Below are positions 25,587-38,029 of a stretch of 64,000 bases of DNA, one piece after another. The DNA is from the human T2T-CHM13v2.0 reference genome, Homo sapiens. Location of the stretch: NCBI RefSeq assembly GCF_009914755.1, contig NC_060926.1; one strand, 5' to 3'. The position numbers and the translations under genes were made by a program. Numbering within the stretch: position 1 is the first letter of the stretch; the number at the start of each line of letters is the position of its first letter. The notes beneath the pieces are model-generated. The model searched no databases. It was not told the origin of the DNA and worked only from the letters and a program-made list of their open reading frames with translations.

Positions 25587-27864
25587 TGATATGGTTTGGC
25601 TGTGTCCCCACCCAAATCTCATCTTGAATTGTAGCTCCCATAATCCTCACATGTTGTGGGAGGGTCCTGGTGGGAGGTAATTGAATCACAGGGGTGGATT
25701 TTTCCTGTGCTGTTCTCATGATAGTAAGTCTCACCAGATCCGATGGTTTTATAAAGGGCAGTTCCCCTGAACATGCTCTCTTGCCTGCTGTAATGTAAGA
25801 CATGCTTTTGCTCTTCCTTCACCTTCTTGCCATGATTGTGAGGCATAGCCAGCCATGTTGAACTGTAAGTCAATTAAACCTCTTTCCTTTATAAATTACC
25901 CAGTCTCAGGTATTTCTTCACAGCAGTATGAAAATGGACTAATACAGTAAATTGGTACCGGGAGTGGGGTGCTGCTGTAAAGATACCCAAAAATGTGGAA
26001 GTGACTTTGGAACTGGGTAACAGGCAGAGGTTGGAACAGTTTGGAAGGATCGGAAGAAGATAGGAAAATGTGGGAAAGTTTGGAACTTCCTAGAGACTTG
26101 GAGAGCTCAGAAGACAGGAAGATGTGGAAAACTTTGGAACTTCCTAGAGACTTATTGAATGGCTTTGACAAAAATGCTGATAGTGATATTGACAATAAAG
26201 TCCAGGCTGAGGTGGTCTCAGATGGAGATGAACAACTGTTGAGAACTGGAGTAAAGGTCACTCTTGCTGTGCTTTAGTGAAGAGACTGGTAGCATTTTGC
26301 CCTTGCCTTAGAGATCTGTGGAAATCTGAACTTGAGAGAGATGATTTAGTGTATCTGGTGGAAGAAATTTCTAAGCAGCAAAGAGTTTAAGGGGAAGCAG
26401 AGTATAAAACTTTGAAACATTTGCAGCCTGACGATGCAGTAGAAAAGAAACCCCATTGTCTGGGGAGAAATTCAAGCTGGCAGCAAAAATTTGCATAAGT
26501 TACAAGGAGCCAAAGGTTAACTACCAAGACAATGGGGAAAATGTCTCTTGGCATGTCGGACACCTTCACAGCAGCTCCTCTCATGACAGGAGTGGAGGCC
26601 TAGGGGGAAAAATGGTTTCCTGGACTGGGTCCAGGGCCCCCCTTTTGTGTGCAGCCTTGGGACTTGGTTCCCTGCATTCCAACTGCTCCAGCCATGGCTA
26701 AAAGGGGCCAATGTACAGCTTGAGCCATGGTTTCAGAGGGTGAAAGCCCCAAGCCTTGGGAGATTCCACGTGATTCCAGTCCTTCAGGTGTGCAGAAGAC
26801 AAGAATTGAGGTTTGGGAACCTTGGCCTAGATTTCAGAGGATGTATGAAAGTGCCTGGATATCCAGGCAGAGGTGTGCTGCAGGGGCAGAGCCCTCATGG
26901 AGAACCTCTGCTAAATCAGTGCAGAAGAGAAATGTGGGATTAGAGCCCCCACACAGAGACCCTACTGGGGCACTGCCTAGTGAAGCTGGGGTCTAGGCAG
27001 ACCCCAGAATGGCAGATCCACTGACTGCTTGCACCATGCACCTGGAAAAGCTGCAGAAACTCAGCACTAGCCTGTGAAAGCAGTCAGGATGGTGGGCTGT
27101 ACACTGCAAAGCCACAGGGGCAGAGCTGCGCAAGGCTGTGGGAACCCACCTCTTTCATTAGCATGACCTGGATGTGAGATATGCAGTCAAAAGAGATCAT
27201 TTTGGAACTTTAAGGTATAATGACTGCCTATTAGATCTCAGACTTGTATGGGGTCTGTGGCCCCTTTGTTTTGGCCAATTTCTCCCATTTGGAATGGGTG
27301 TATTTACCGAATTCCTCTACTCCCATTCTATCTAGAAAGTAACTAACTGGCTTTTGATTTTATAGGCTAATAGGTGGAAGGGACTTCCCTTGTCTCAGAG
27401 GAGACTTTGGACTGTGGACTTTTGAGTTAACGCCGAAATAAGTTAAGACTTTGGGGGACTGTTGAGAAGGCAAGATTGGTTTTGAAGTGTGAGGGCATGA
27501 GACTTGGAAGGGGCCAGTGGCAGAATGACATGGTTTGGCTGTGTCTCCACCCAAATCTCATCTTGAATTGTAGTTTCCATACCCAATGAGAGGTAATCAA
27601 ATCATGGGAGTGGGTTTCCCCATGCTGCTCCCTTGATAGTTAATAAGTCTCACGAGATCTGATGGTTTTATAAAGGGCATTTCCCCTGCACATGCTCTCT
27701 TGCCTGCCACCCTGTAAGACATGTCTTTGCTCCTCCTTCACGTTCTGCCATGATTGCGAGGTATCCCCAGCCATGTGGAATGGTAAGTCCATTAAACCTC
27801 TCTCCTTTATAAATTACCCAGTCTCAGGTGTTTCTTCTTAGCAGCATGAAAATGGACTAATACA
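25587..27864 (+). mobile_element. Complete THE1 (THE1D-like) MaLR provirus: 5'LTR 25587-25946, internal 25947-27525, 3'LTR 27526-27864
   Basis: Two LTRs with TG...CA ends, THE1-int sequence, polypurine tract before the 3'LTR, and perfect 5-bp TSD GTACC (25582-25586 and 27865-27869). Confidence 0.96.
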
Positions 27865-28130
27865 GTACCCTCCAGATACTAGCAAGGTAGTTCCATAAAT
27901 ACATGAGTTGTTACCAAACTCAAATATGTACCCTTCAGATACGGGCATGGTAGTTCCATGAATGCATGTGTTCACCAAAGACCAACATGTACCTTCAGAT
28001 ACTGGGATGATAGTTCCACGAATGCATGCATTCACCAAACTCAAACATGTACTCTTCAGATACTGGCATGGTATTTCTATGAATGCATGTGTTCACCAAA
28101 CTCCAACATGTACCCTTCAGATACGGGCAT
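27865..28130. repeat. 61-bp minisatellite, right block (rest of the split unit + 4 units)
   Basis: Same unit as 25174-25586, resuming in register after the TSD. Confidence 0.95.
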
Positions 28131-28474
28131 TTGACTGCATGAGTAGTTTACTTCAATGAAAAAGAAAAACTCTGAAAAACAATAATAAGTAAAAACAAAA
28201 AATAATTAAAAATATCTCAAAAAATAAGTAAAACCACAAAAAATAAGTAACAGCATCTGATCTGTACTTAGATATAGAAATACATACACACACACACTCA
28301 CACAAAATAGGAGTCCACAATGTCTGATGCACACTTTTGAAGGGAATTAAGACACGTTACTTTTGTGTTTGGTTCTTATGCTTTAAAGTGAAATAAATCC
28401 TCAGCTGGACCTGTCAAATCTCACTTTCTTCCAATCATCACATCTTTGTTTAATATTCATTCTTATTTTCTCAG

Positions 28475-28751
28475 ACTCCCCCGCACTGCTGGGTTCCATC
28501 CCAGTTTGTGTTAACCAGTCAGCTCCCCACTGTAGGAGTAGGGGGAACAGTGCTGTGCACCTCCCTCTCCCCTGTACTCCCTCCCCTCCATCCACTTTCC
28601 AAACTCTCACGATGACATCCAAGTCCACAACGTCTCTCTTCAGCTGAGGCTCGCAAAGAAGCAGCGGAACCACTGCATCCAAGAGGAGTGAAGATGAAGC
28701 TGGAAGGAGTGAGATTCCTTGAGAGGCGGCCCAGGCAGTGGAACAGCAGAG
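28475..28751 (+). other. Candidate internal exon, probably non-coding (alternative acceptor at 28644)
   Basis: Polypyrimidine acceptor TTCTTATTTTCTCAG| and donor GAG|GTGAGG. All three frames of the long form contain stops. Confidence 0.4.
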
Positions 28752-29243
28752 GTGAGGCCTGAGCACAGCATGGAGGAATTTAAAGGGGAAAGAAGATGCA
28801 TCCAGGATGGAAGATTCCTAAAGAATGTTTACGAAAACAAGATGCTACTCAGTTTTTATTACATGAGAAAGCATGAATAGTACCCCCTCGCCTACCCCAA
28901 ATCTAGCAGTGAAGAGGCTCCAGAGTGCAGACTGAAACCACCCCCTAGAGGAGGCCAGGCTCAGCAGCAAGAGAGAGTGCAGTGGGGCAACCACCAGCAA
29001 TGATGCAGTCTGGTTTGCAGGGGGAGAAACAGAGGACAAACTTGAAAATCTAAGATGCTGCTACTGCACGTCACACAGATACAATCACTGCAGGCAGACA
29101 TAAGCTGGGGCCAGTGCCCCAGGCCAGCATGGGAACAGAATACCAAGGGGGTCACAGCACAGGTGATACACTGGAGCCAGGGGCCATGAGAACTAGGATG
29201 GGGTCTGGATGGACAGTGATCCAGGGGGTTGTCCGCCGCCTTG

Positions 29244-29488
29244 GCCCTTTCCTGTCTCAGATGTGTCCCTCCCCTGACCCAGCTGTGCCCCTCCCCTGCC
29301 CCAGGTGTGTCCCTCTCATGACCCAGGTGGGCTCCTCCCCTGTCCCAGGTGTGCCCCTTCCCTGACCCAGGTGTGCCCCTCCCCTGTCCCAGGTGTGCCC
29401 CTTCCCTGACCCAGGTGTGCCCCTCCCCTGACCCAGGTGTGCCCCTCCCCTGACCCAGGTGTGCTATTTTCACTCAGGTGTGCCCCTC
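29244..29488. repeat. 22-bp GC-rich VNTR (~11 copies)
   Basis: Unit CCAGGTGTGCCCCTCCCCTGAC. Confidence 0.93.
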
Positions 29489-29944
29489 TCTCCTTGGAAT
29501 CAGCTCAGAGGCTTCCCTGCTTGTGGTGGCCTCTTCCTCCTTCATTCACAATTTGCAGTTAAGTGTCCTCTGCATTCCAATAGTTAATGAAGGAGGAAGA
29601 GCTTTAAAATAGCCTCTGAACAGTGAAAACCAGAAAGGAGTATAAAAGGTTAAAAATAATCTTGAACATGTTTAAAAATGTAATTCTATGGATACACAAT
29701 CTGTACCTCTCAGCTGGGTCTCCTGAAAAGCCGGTGCTTTGCACTCCAAGGCTGTGGTGCCTCTGTTTACTGCGATTGAAGAAAGGGCAAGCACGTTGAA
29801 TGACAGCCCTCCGTGCTAGGCAGCACAAGTGTCGCTGGACTGATCCCTATTTACAGTATTGATTCTGTAGAATGTTCCACCTGACAGTGATTCTAAAACT
29901 CTTTGTGTGTATATGAATTTTATATAAAATTTTATTTTCTCTGA

Positions 29945-30361
<417 letters not shown>

Positions 30362-30779
30362 TAGTTCTTCTTTTTTACCAAGAGACGCTTCAGGCTGCAT
30401 CCCAGATGATCCTGGGACAGATGAATCTCGGCATCATGGATGGCAGCGTTCACTCCACTGGCCCCAGAGGAAGAAAGCTGTGGTTGGAGAGGGGTTAATG
30501 ACAGCCTCCCAGCCCTCAGGGAGTCGGTCGCCTTAAAGAAGGAAGCAGAGAGGCTGCGTTTTCCAAATCTAGTCCTGGAGATGCTTGAAGAGAAAGAACA
30601 TTGCTAGAACTCAGGTTTCAATGAGCAACTGAAGGGAAGTCTGTGCTCCGCCTCTGAAGGACTGAATGTATCTGGGGCCCACTGCAGGGGGGACACGGTG
30701 CCTTGGAATGCAGTGTGTCTGTATTTCCTGATCAGTCAGCTGTTTAATACTTCTCATTTAAACTAGGAACAGAGCACCA

Positions 30780-31310
30780 ACAGTTACTGCGCATATTAGG
30801 AAAATTCATAGCTGGAAAGATAGAGAATGGAATAAACAATAAAGAACAAATACAAAAATTTGAAGACTTTTTAAGCAGAAGAAAACTAAAATGCATAATC
30901 ATTAATATCCCGAGGAGGGTTAGAGATGATGTCATAACCATCAAATGAGAACAAGATGTTATTAGAAACATTCAGAGGATAAAGAGGAGCTGTTAGAAAT
31001 TAAAAACCTGTGATCACAAGTTAAAATTTGAGTTGAAAAATATTGTTGAAGAAATCTTCTGGAAGCCAGAGCTAAAAGGCAAAGACAGAAAATATGAAAG
31101 GAAAAATACAAAACTTAAACAACTAGTCCTGGAGGTTCATTATGTTAATAAATAAGGAATCCAGAAGGAGAAGGCAGAGGAAATACAGGGAATTACATCA
31201 TTAAAATAATTCAAGAAAAAATTTCCAGAACTAAAAGACATTATTTTTCTGATTGAAATAAAAAAACAAGAGCCCAACCTAAGACACAACACTGGGAAGC
31301 TTCAGTTTAG
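30780..31310 (+). mobile_element. HAL1 / ancient L1 ORF1-like fragment
   Basis: TTAGAAATTAAAAA...GAAATCTTCTGGAAG...TCAAGAAAAAATTTCCAGAACTAAAAGAC is typical of HAL1 ORF1. Confidence 0.65.
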
Positions 31311-32190
31311 TGTGCAAAGCTGTGGAGGCTGCAGATAAACGCGTGGGCCCAGCAATGAGCCATCTGCAGGGCAGCCATGAGGCCAGCCCAGCGTGGCCGT
31401 GAAAGGGTTTCCACCTGCAAATTCTACAGCTAGCCCACTCTCAATCAGCCTACACACATTCTCAGGTATTATCAGGCATTTTCAGACAACATTCACCTCT
31501 ACACTCGTTTTGAGGAAGCCGCTGGAGCAGGCACCTCACCAAAGTGGAGGGAAGACCAGGAAGGAAGGAAGCAGGGATTTGAGAAAGGGGAAAGGGCTTT
31601 CCCAGGATGGTGGGTCAGGGAGGTCTCAGAATGGTGTCTGTGCATCCAGTGGAGGATAGCTTGTCTAGATGCTTCCCTCTTCAGGAAGAAATGGGAGAAA
31701 TTGCATGTGTTTGAAATCTTTGAGAGAAGATTTAGCATTGTATTAGTTGAGAATAACCAAATTAAAAACAATTCTTAACTCTTGAAACAACAAAATCCTT
31801 GTTAAATAACAGGCTCATGGTTTATTCTGCATTGTATCTGTCAACTGAATTTGTACAACCACAAAAGCGTAAATGTTGAATATTGATCTAACCCAAGTTA
31901 CAGTGCAACCATTTGAGGATGATGGGGCCTGGGGGCGGGAGCAGGCTGAGTCCTGGGCTGCCTAGGTAGGAGCTCAAGAGAAAAGGGTCATCGCAAGCAT
32001 GTGATATAGAAAGAGGGAGCTATTGTCCAAAGTGTTGGTAAAGGAGGAAGAAGGGTTGCCTCTGTGCAAGGATAGCTTTGGTAAAAAATAAAGATTAAAA
32101 CTAAAAATACATGAAGACAAATGAAAGATAAACCCTCCTGACAAAGTTGTTTGTGTGTATGTGAGTGTGATTTCATTATAGACTTTGACT

Positions 32191-32483
32191 TTTTCTGCTC
32201 AGGGATGCTAGACAGCACTTCAGCATCAGGCCTGGGGAAGGCACGCCAGACAGAAATCAGCAACAAAAAGTGCAAAAATGCAAAAATGTGGCAGGAAATA
32301 TGCTGCAAAAGGATGCTTGTTTACAGAAGGCAGCAGAAGCAAGAGGCAGGCGTGTGAACATGCATGCGGGAGGCTCAGAGTTTTCACCACTCTGCACTTG
32401 GCCATGAGTGACCCAGGAAGTACTGCAAATGTTGATGCTGGGGTTGCCACCAAATTCTAGTGAGCAGGTGAATTCGCAAATAC
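32191..32483 (-). mobile_element. MER82-like TcMar-Tigger DNA transposon fragment
   Basis: CTAGACAGCACTTCAGCA...CAACAAAAAG...AAAAATGTGGCA...CTTGTTTACAG...GAATTCGCAAATAC. Confidence 0.75.
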
Positions 32484-32974
32484 CTTCTATCCTAGGGCCA
32501 AAGATGGGGTCAGTTAGTGCCATTTTCTGGTTTCGTTTTTCTTTTCTGATTCATTTCTTCAGTTTATTTCATACTTGTATAATTTGACAACTTTATTCTG
32601 TTAAAGTTTATTTCTCCAGTATATGTCTAAGTAATGTAGAATATATAATATGTTTACCTGTAGCATATCGAGAGGAAACAGGCATCATTGGACTAAGTCT
32701 CGATGTGTGGACAGCGTTGGTAGAATCATACTTAGGGAGCTCATCTTCGTGAGTCACAAATTGGGTTTCCTATTCCTGCTCCTCCTTTCCCACCCTCTCT
32801 TCTTTAAAGTTTTGAGGTTTGTCCCAGGTGGCTCTGTACAGCTCCCCACAGAATGGTTATTTTATGCAAGAACAGAATCCTTGTCTATTTTTTCTTCAAA
32901 GTAGTAATTTTAACCTGTGGCATTTATCAGAAAACAAGATTGTCTTAAAAGGAAAATTTAAAAAATATTCCATT

Positions 32975-35632
32975 TCCATTTATTTATGTTTTTATCAAGT
33001 TGAAATTCACATAACATATAATCAACCCTATTAAAGTGGAATTCAGTGATAGTGCATTCATTATGTTGTGCAATTTCTAGCAACTTGTATTTTAAAAACG
33101 TTTTTATTACCCCAGAAAAACACTTTGTACCTAAGTAATCATGTAATGCAATGAGATATTATGGGACAGAAACATTCAGAGAATAAAGATGAACATTTAG
33201 AAATTAAAACCATATATGACAAAAAGTTATGACTCAGTGAAAGAGTTGGAAAACATTGTTGAAATCTTTTGGAAGCTAGAGCTAAAAGACAAAGAGATGA
33301 AAAATAGGGAAGAAAAACATACACAAATTAGACGACTAGTGCTGGCACTCCACTATGTTAATAAACCAGAATTCTAGAATGAGAGGATGGGAAATAGAGG
33401 GAGTCTCTTCTCCCTGGTAATGTCTAATCCACTTTCTGTCTCTATTGATTTGTCTGTTCAAGATAAACCGCATAGAAGAAATAATTCACTATGTGACCTT
33501 TTGTACCTGGCTTCTGTTACTGGGCATAATGTTTTTAAGATTCATCCATGTTATAGCGAAATAATATTTATGACTAAGTAATATTTAATTGAATGTGCAC
33601 CACAATTTGTTCATCCATTTATCTGTTGATGGACATCTGGGCTGTTTCCACCTTTTGGGTATTGTAAATAATTCTGCTATAAACATTTGTGTGCAAGTTT
33701 CTGTGTGGACACATGTTTTTATTTCTCTTGGATATATATCTAGGAGAGTAACTGCTGGATTATATAATAATCTCGTGTTTAACGTTTTGAGAAGTTGCTG
33801 GGGTGTTTTCCACAGCGATTGCATCATATGACATTCTCATCTGCAGTGTTCTTGCTCCTGTTTCACCACATCATTGTCCACACTTTTTATTCTTCATTTT
33901 CTTAATGAAAGCCATTCCAGTAGGTGTGAAGCAGTAGGTATCTCATTGTGGTTTTTGATTTGCAATTCTTTAATGACCAGTGACAGGGAACATCTTTTCA
34001 TGTGCTTGTTGACCGTTTGTATATTTTATGTGAAGAAATGTCCTTTGCTCATTTTTAAAATATTTTTTGCCTTTTTTGTTGTTAAGTTGTAAGAGTTCTT
34101 TAAAATTGCTCTAAATATGAAACCTTTATGACATATATAATTTTGCAAGTGTTTTCACCCATTCCGTAGATTGCCTTTTCATATTCTTGATAATGTTCTT
34201 TGATGTTCAAAAGTTTTCAATTTTTATGAAGTCAAATGTATCTGTTTTTTTCTTTTCTTGCCTGTTCTTTTCATGCCAAATCTAAGACTTCATTGCCAAA
34301 TCTAACATCAGAAGGTTTACCTGTGCTTTCTTCTAAGAGTTTTTTGGTTTTAGCTCATAGTTAGGTCATTGATTAACCTTGAGTTAACTTTTTGTGTATG
34401 TTAGGTAGGGATTGAAGAGTCTTCTTTCCCCATTCAGTCTTGGTACCCTTGTGAAAAATCATTTGGCCATAGATGTTTGGGCTTATTTCTGGACTGCAAT
34501 TCTATTCCATTGGTCCACGTCTATCCCTATGCCAGGATGACACCGTTTTGATTACTTTCCACAGTGACTGCCTCATATGACATTCTCATCCGCAGTGTTC
34601 TTCTATCTTGTTCTTGACCTTAGGGTGAAAGTTTTGAAATTGGGAAGTGTGAGTCTTCCTACTTTGTTTTTCATTTTCAAGGTCGTTTTAGGTATTTGGG
34701 ACTCTTTGCATTTCCAGATGAATTTGAGAATCACCTTTTCCATTTCTGCAAAAAAGACAATTAGAATTTTGACAGGAATTGCATTGAATCTGTAGATCAC
34801 TTTGGTGAATATTCTCATACTAACAATATTAAGTGCAGTTCATAAACATGGGATATCTTCCCATTTATTTAGATCTTTAATTTCAGCATGTTTGGTAGTT
34901 TCAGTGTACAAGTCTTTCACTTCTCTGGTTAAATTTCTTTCTAGGTATTTTAATCTTTTGGATACTATTGTAAGTGGAATTGCTTTCTTACTTTCCTTTT
35001 CAAATTATTTATAGCTGTTGTATAGAAGCACAGCTGTTTCTCGGATATTGATCTTGATGTTGAACCCAGAAACATCACTGGATTTGTTTAGAAGCTCTAG
35101 TAGATTTTTGCTTGTTTGTTTTGTGGGCATGTGTGTCGTGTGTGTATATTCTATGGGATTTTCTGTATACAAAGTCCTGTCATCTGCAAATATAGTTTTC
35201 CTTCTTCCTTTCCAATTTGAATGTGATGCTCTTATTTCTTTTTCTTACCTATTGCTCTTAAGATATCCAGGAAAATACTGAATAGAAGTGTGAAATGTTC
35301 ATTCTTATTTTGTTCTGGACTTTAGGATGAAAGCTTTCACAATAAAATATGAGGTTAGTTTTGGACTTTGAAATTGTCCTTTATCATGTTCCCCTCTATT
35401 CCTAGTTTGTTGAGTGTTTTTATCATAAAATGTCATTGAACTTTGTCAAATGCTATTTCTGCATCTATTGAGTTGCTTGTGTGTGTGTTTCCTTTATTCT
35501 ATGAATGTGATTACATTGATTGATTTTTTTGTATTGCGCTACCCTTGCATTCTGGGGATAAATCTCCTGTTATCTAATCCCTTTATGGTATACAATCCTT
35601 TTGATGTGTTGATGGATTCAGTGTGCTAAGTG
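32975..35632 (-). mobile_element. L1MB-type LINE-1 (3'UTR and ORF2 3' half)
   Basis: 3' end TGAAATTCACATAACATA...ATTCAGTG. ORF2 fragments 33585-33827 and 34603-34818 ([10 protein letters not shown]). Confidence 0.85.
33142..33403 (+). mobile_element. Second HAL1-like segment embedded in the L1MB 3'UTR
   Basis: Aligns to ~30945-31190 (AGAAACATTCAGAG, TGGAAGCYAGAGCTAAAAG, ACTAGT, TATGTTAATAAA). Confidence 0.7.
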
Positions 35633-38029
35633 ATGGTGCTAATCTTTAAAAATGTTAACATCTTTGTCATGTCACCTAGACTGAATTGTATTTAAAGAAT
35701 TCAGGTGAAGACCCAAAGCTAGTTACTTGTGTAGCCATTGGTCACACATTTGCTAGTTGGGCATTTCACAGAAATGGATATTAATCAAATTAAGGAAAAC
35801 AGGCATTCATAAATGGATTTCTGTTTCTAGGCATTTTCAATTCCATAATAGATTATTTACTATACGTGGTCAGCAACTCTGTAATGCTGCAATGAATACA
35901 TACTAGATTTATAGGTTTTAAAATATGAGAATAGTGAAACATTTGTCTTTTTTATCTAACTTCTTTTACAGACCGTATAGACATATGAAATGTGACTTAA
36001 TATGAACGGTTACTTTTTCTTTTTTCTAATAGTAATTTCGAATCACATTTAGCTTTTTTCTCGTTAAATATTTCCTAAGTATTATTTTATTATGCTTTTG
36101 TTTTGTATGTATCAAGAGCATAACATTCGTTGACTTTTGATTTTTCTCTGTAACATTATCTTCAGCTATTGAATTAGTTTTCCTTTTGAAGTTAATTTCC
36201 ACTTATCACTTGGGTTACCAAAGTAATGATTTCTTACAGTTATGTCTTTGTTAATAATATTTAGGGCTTTATAAAAAATAGTATCTTTCTTAAAGTAGTT
36301 ATATTTTCCTAAGATGTTCTTTAAAAAACTGTTGTGCATGCATATAAATTTATATCTATTTTCTTTAAGTTGGTGTATTTCTTCTTTCTTCATATGCTTC
36401 TGAAGATATTACAGGGTAAAACTCTCATTTTACACTTTTGAAAGTGATCTCTTCCAATAATAGATGAAAATCAAATACAATTTTTAATTTTCTTTCATTT
36501 TAGGTAATTATCTGTTAGAATTTGATTTATCGTACTATACAGTTTCGCTATGAGGACAATTAAAATAATTAAAATGAAATGTGTGTGTATGTAAAGTCTT
36601 TTTCCCTCCTTACCACACTGTATTGCTGTGAGTTTTTCCAGTGTCTGCCACTTGGCTCCAATGTCAGTTTCTTAATTTCAGGGCTGGGTCTTCACTTCTG
36701 TCTCCCCTTCTAAGTTAGTGCAGGGCTTGGCATGCGGTAATTTCCTTCTTTCTTCCTCCTCATCTTCTGTTTCTTTTCTTCTTATTTTTTCTTTGTTTTT
36801 CTTCAACTCTCCCATTCTTTTGCCACCTTTCCTTCCTAGATGTTTGTTGAAAAATCGTGTACCTTAAGTAGTGATTTTATATCTTATTCCCATCCAGATA
36901 ATCTATTTTAATATATGCCTTTGATTGTATCCTAAAATGCTATGATATTTAGTTTGCTTGATTGAATTGAATAATGAATTTTATAAATTCTGAAGTTCCA
37001 GATATCGTTGTATAAATTCTGTAGTTCCAGATATTGTTTGAAATACTTTCCTTTTCATAGTATCCCTATACTTCTCATACAGTATCTTGCAAAAATAAAA
37101 AATAACATAATTGAGAATATAATAAATGTACCTTGATAATCCTGATTTGTTACCAGAAGAAAATTTGGTAACTGCTTTACATCCTTTACATTCTGGTTAC
37201 ATCCTCATTCTTAGGCTGAAGCCTGCTTGTTTTGACAACTGAGATATAATTGGTTGGGTATTAGAAAACAGTAAAATCTCCTCACCCCCAAGAGGGCACC
37301 TAGGATGAAATAGACCCTTTCAAACATGATTTCTTGTCGGTGACTCTATGGCTTTTCCACACGTGAGTCAAACACAGCAACAGCATATTTTATCTAGGAC
37401 ATTTCCTTTAGTCACAAAGAACTGTTCGTCTGATGCAAATTTGAGTCATGTGCCTTTGACCTTCAAGAGCCCTTCAATGCCTAGGAGACATCCCTCATTT
37501 TTTCTCAAGTTGTTCTTAGAACAAGGAATTCACAAGAGTAACGAATCCAAACCTCAGATGTCAGAGGTCAGACCGAGAACCAGAGCTGGCTGTATCTCAC
37601 ACTTGGTCAGACTCTTCCCCTCCTCGCCATTCTTCATATTCTCCGAGGACGCAGGCTTAATATCCTCATTATTTTGTCAGCTGCAATTTACCAAAACCAT
37701 AAAAAACCACACCACCCATGTGTCTTTGAAACAGACAAATTCTTTCATAAAAATATGCCCTGGAAAATGGGAGCTGTATTTTTGAAAATAAATATTCAAA
37801 CTCTAACACTCATATTGAAGTAAAAAATAATATTTTTCCAAGTCTGGCTGAGGAAGATAAATTATCTGAATAATTAAGAATATAATAGCAATTCTTTTTG
37901 ATGAAGACTATGTTTTATTTGAGTCCTGAAGGAAGGTAGAGGTGGAGCTAGAAGAGAAGTGCAGGGAAGAGCGGTGGCTACATTACAGCCCGACGTCACC
38001 ATCAGTTCGTTCCCAGAGAATTCAAAGAC

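Noticed and set aside
26041-26155. ~57-bp tandem duplication in the THE1 internal region
   Set aside because: As I recall, this is a feature of THE1C/D-int consensus sequences rather than locus-specific (confirm against Dfam).
37348-37785. 145-aa ORF in unique sequence
   Set aside because: No recognisable domain, composition consistent with a chance ORF, no supporting splice structure.
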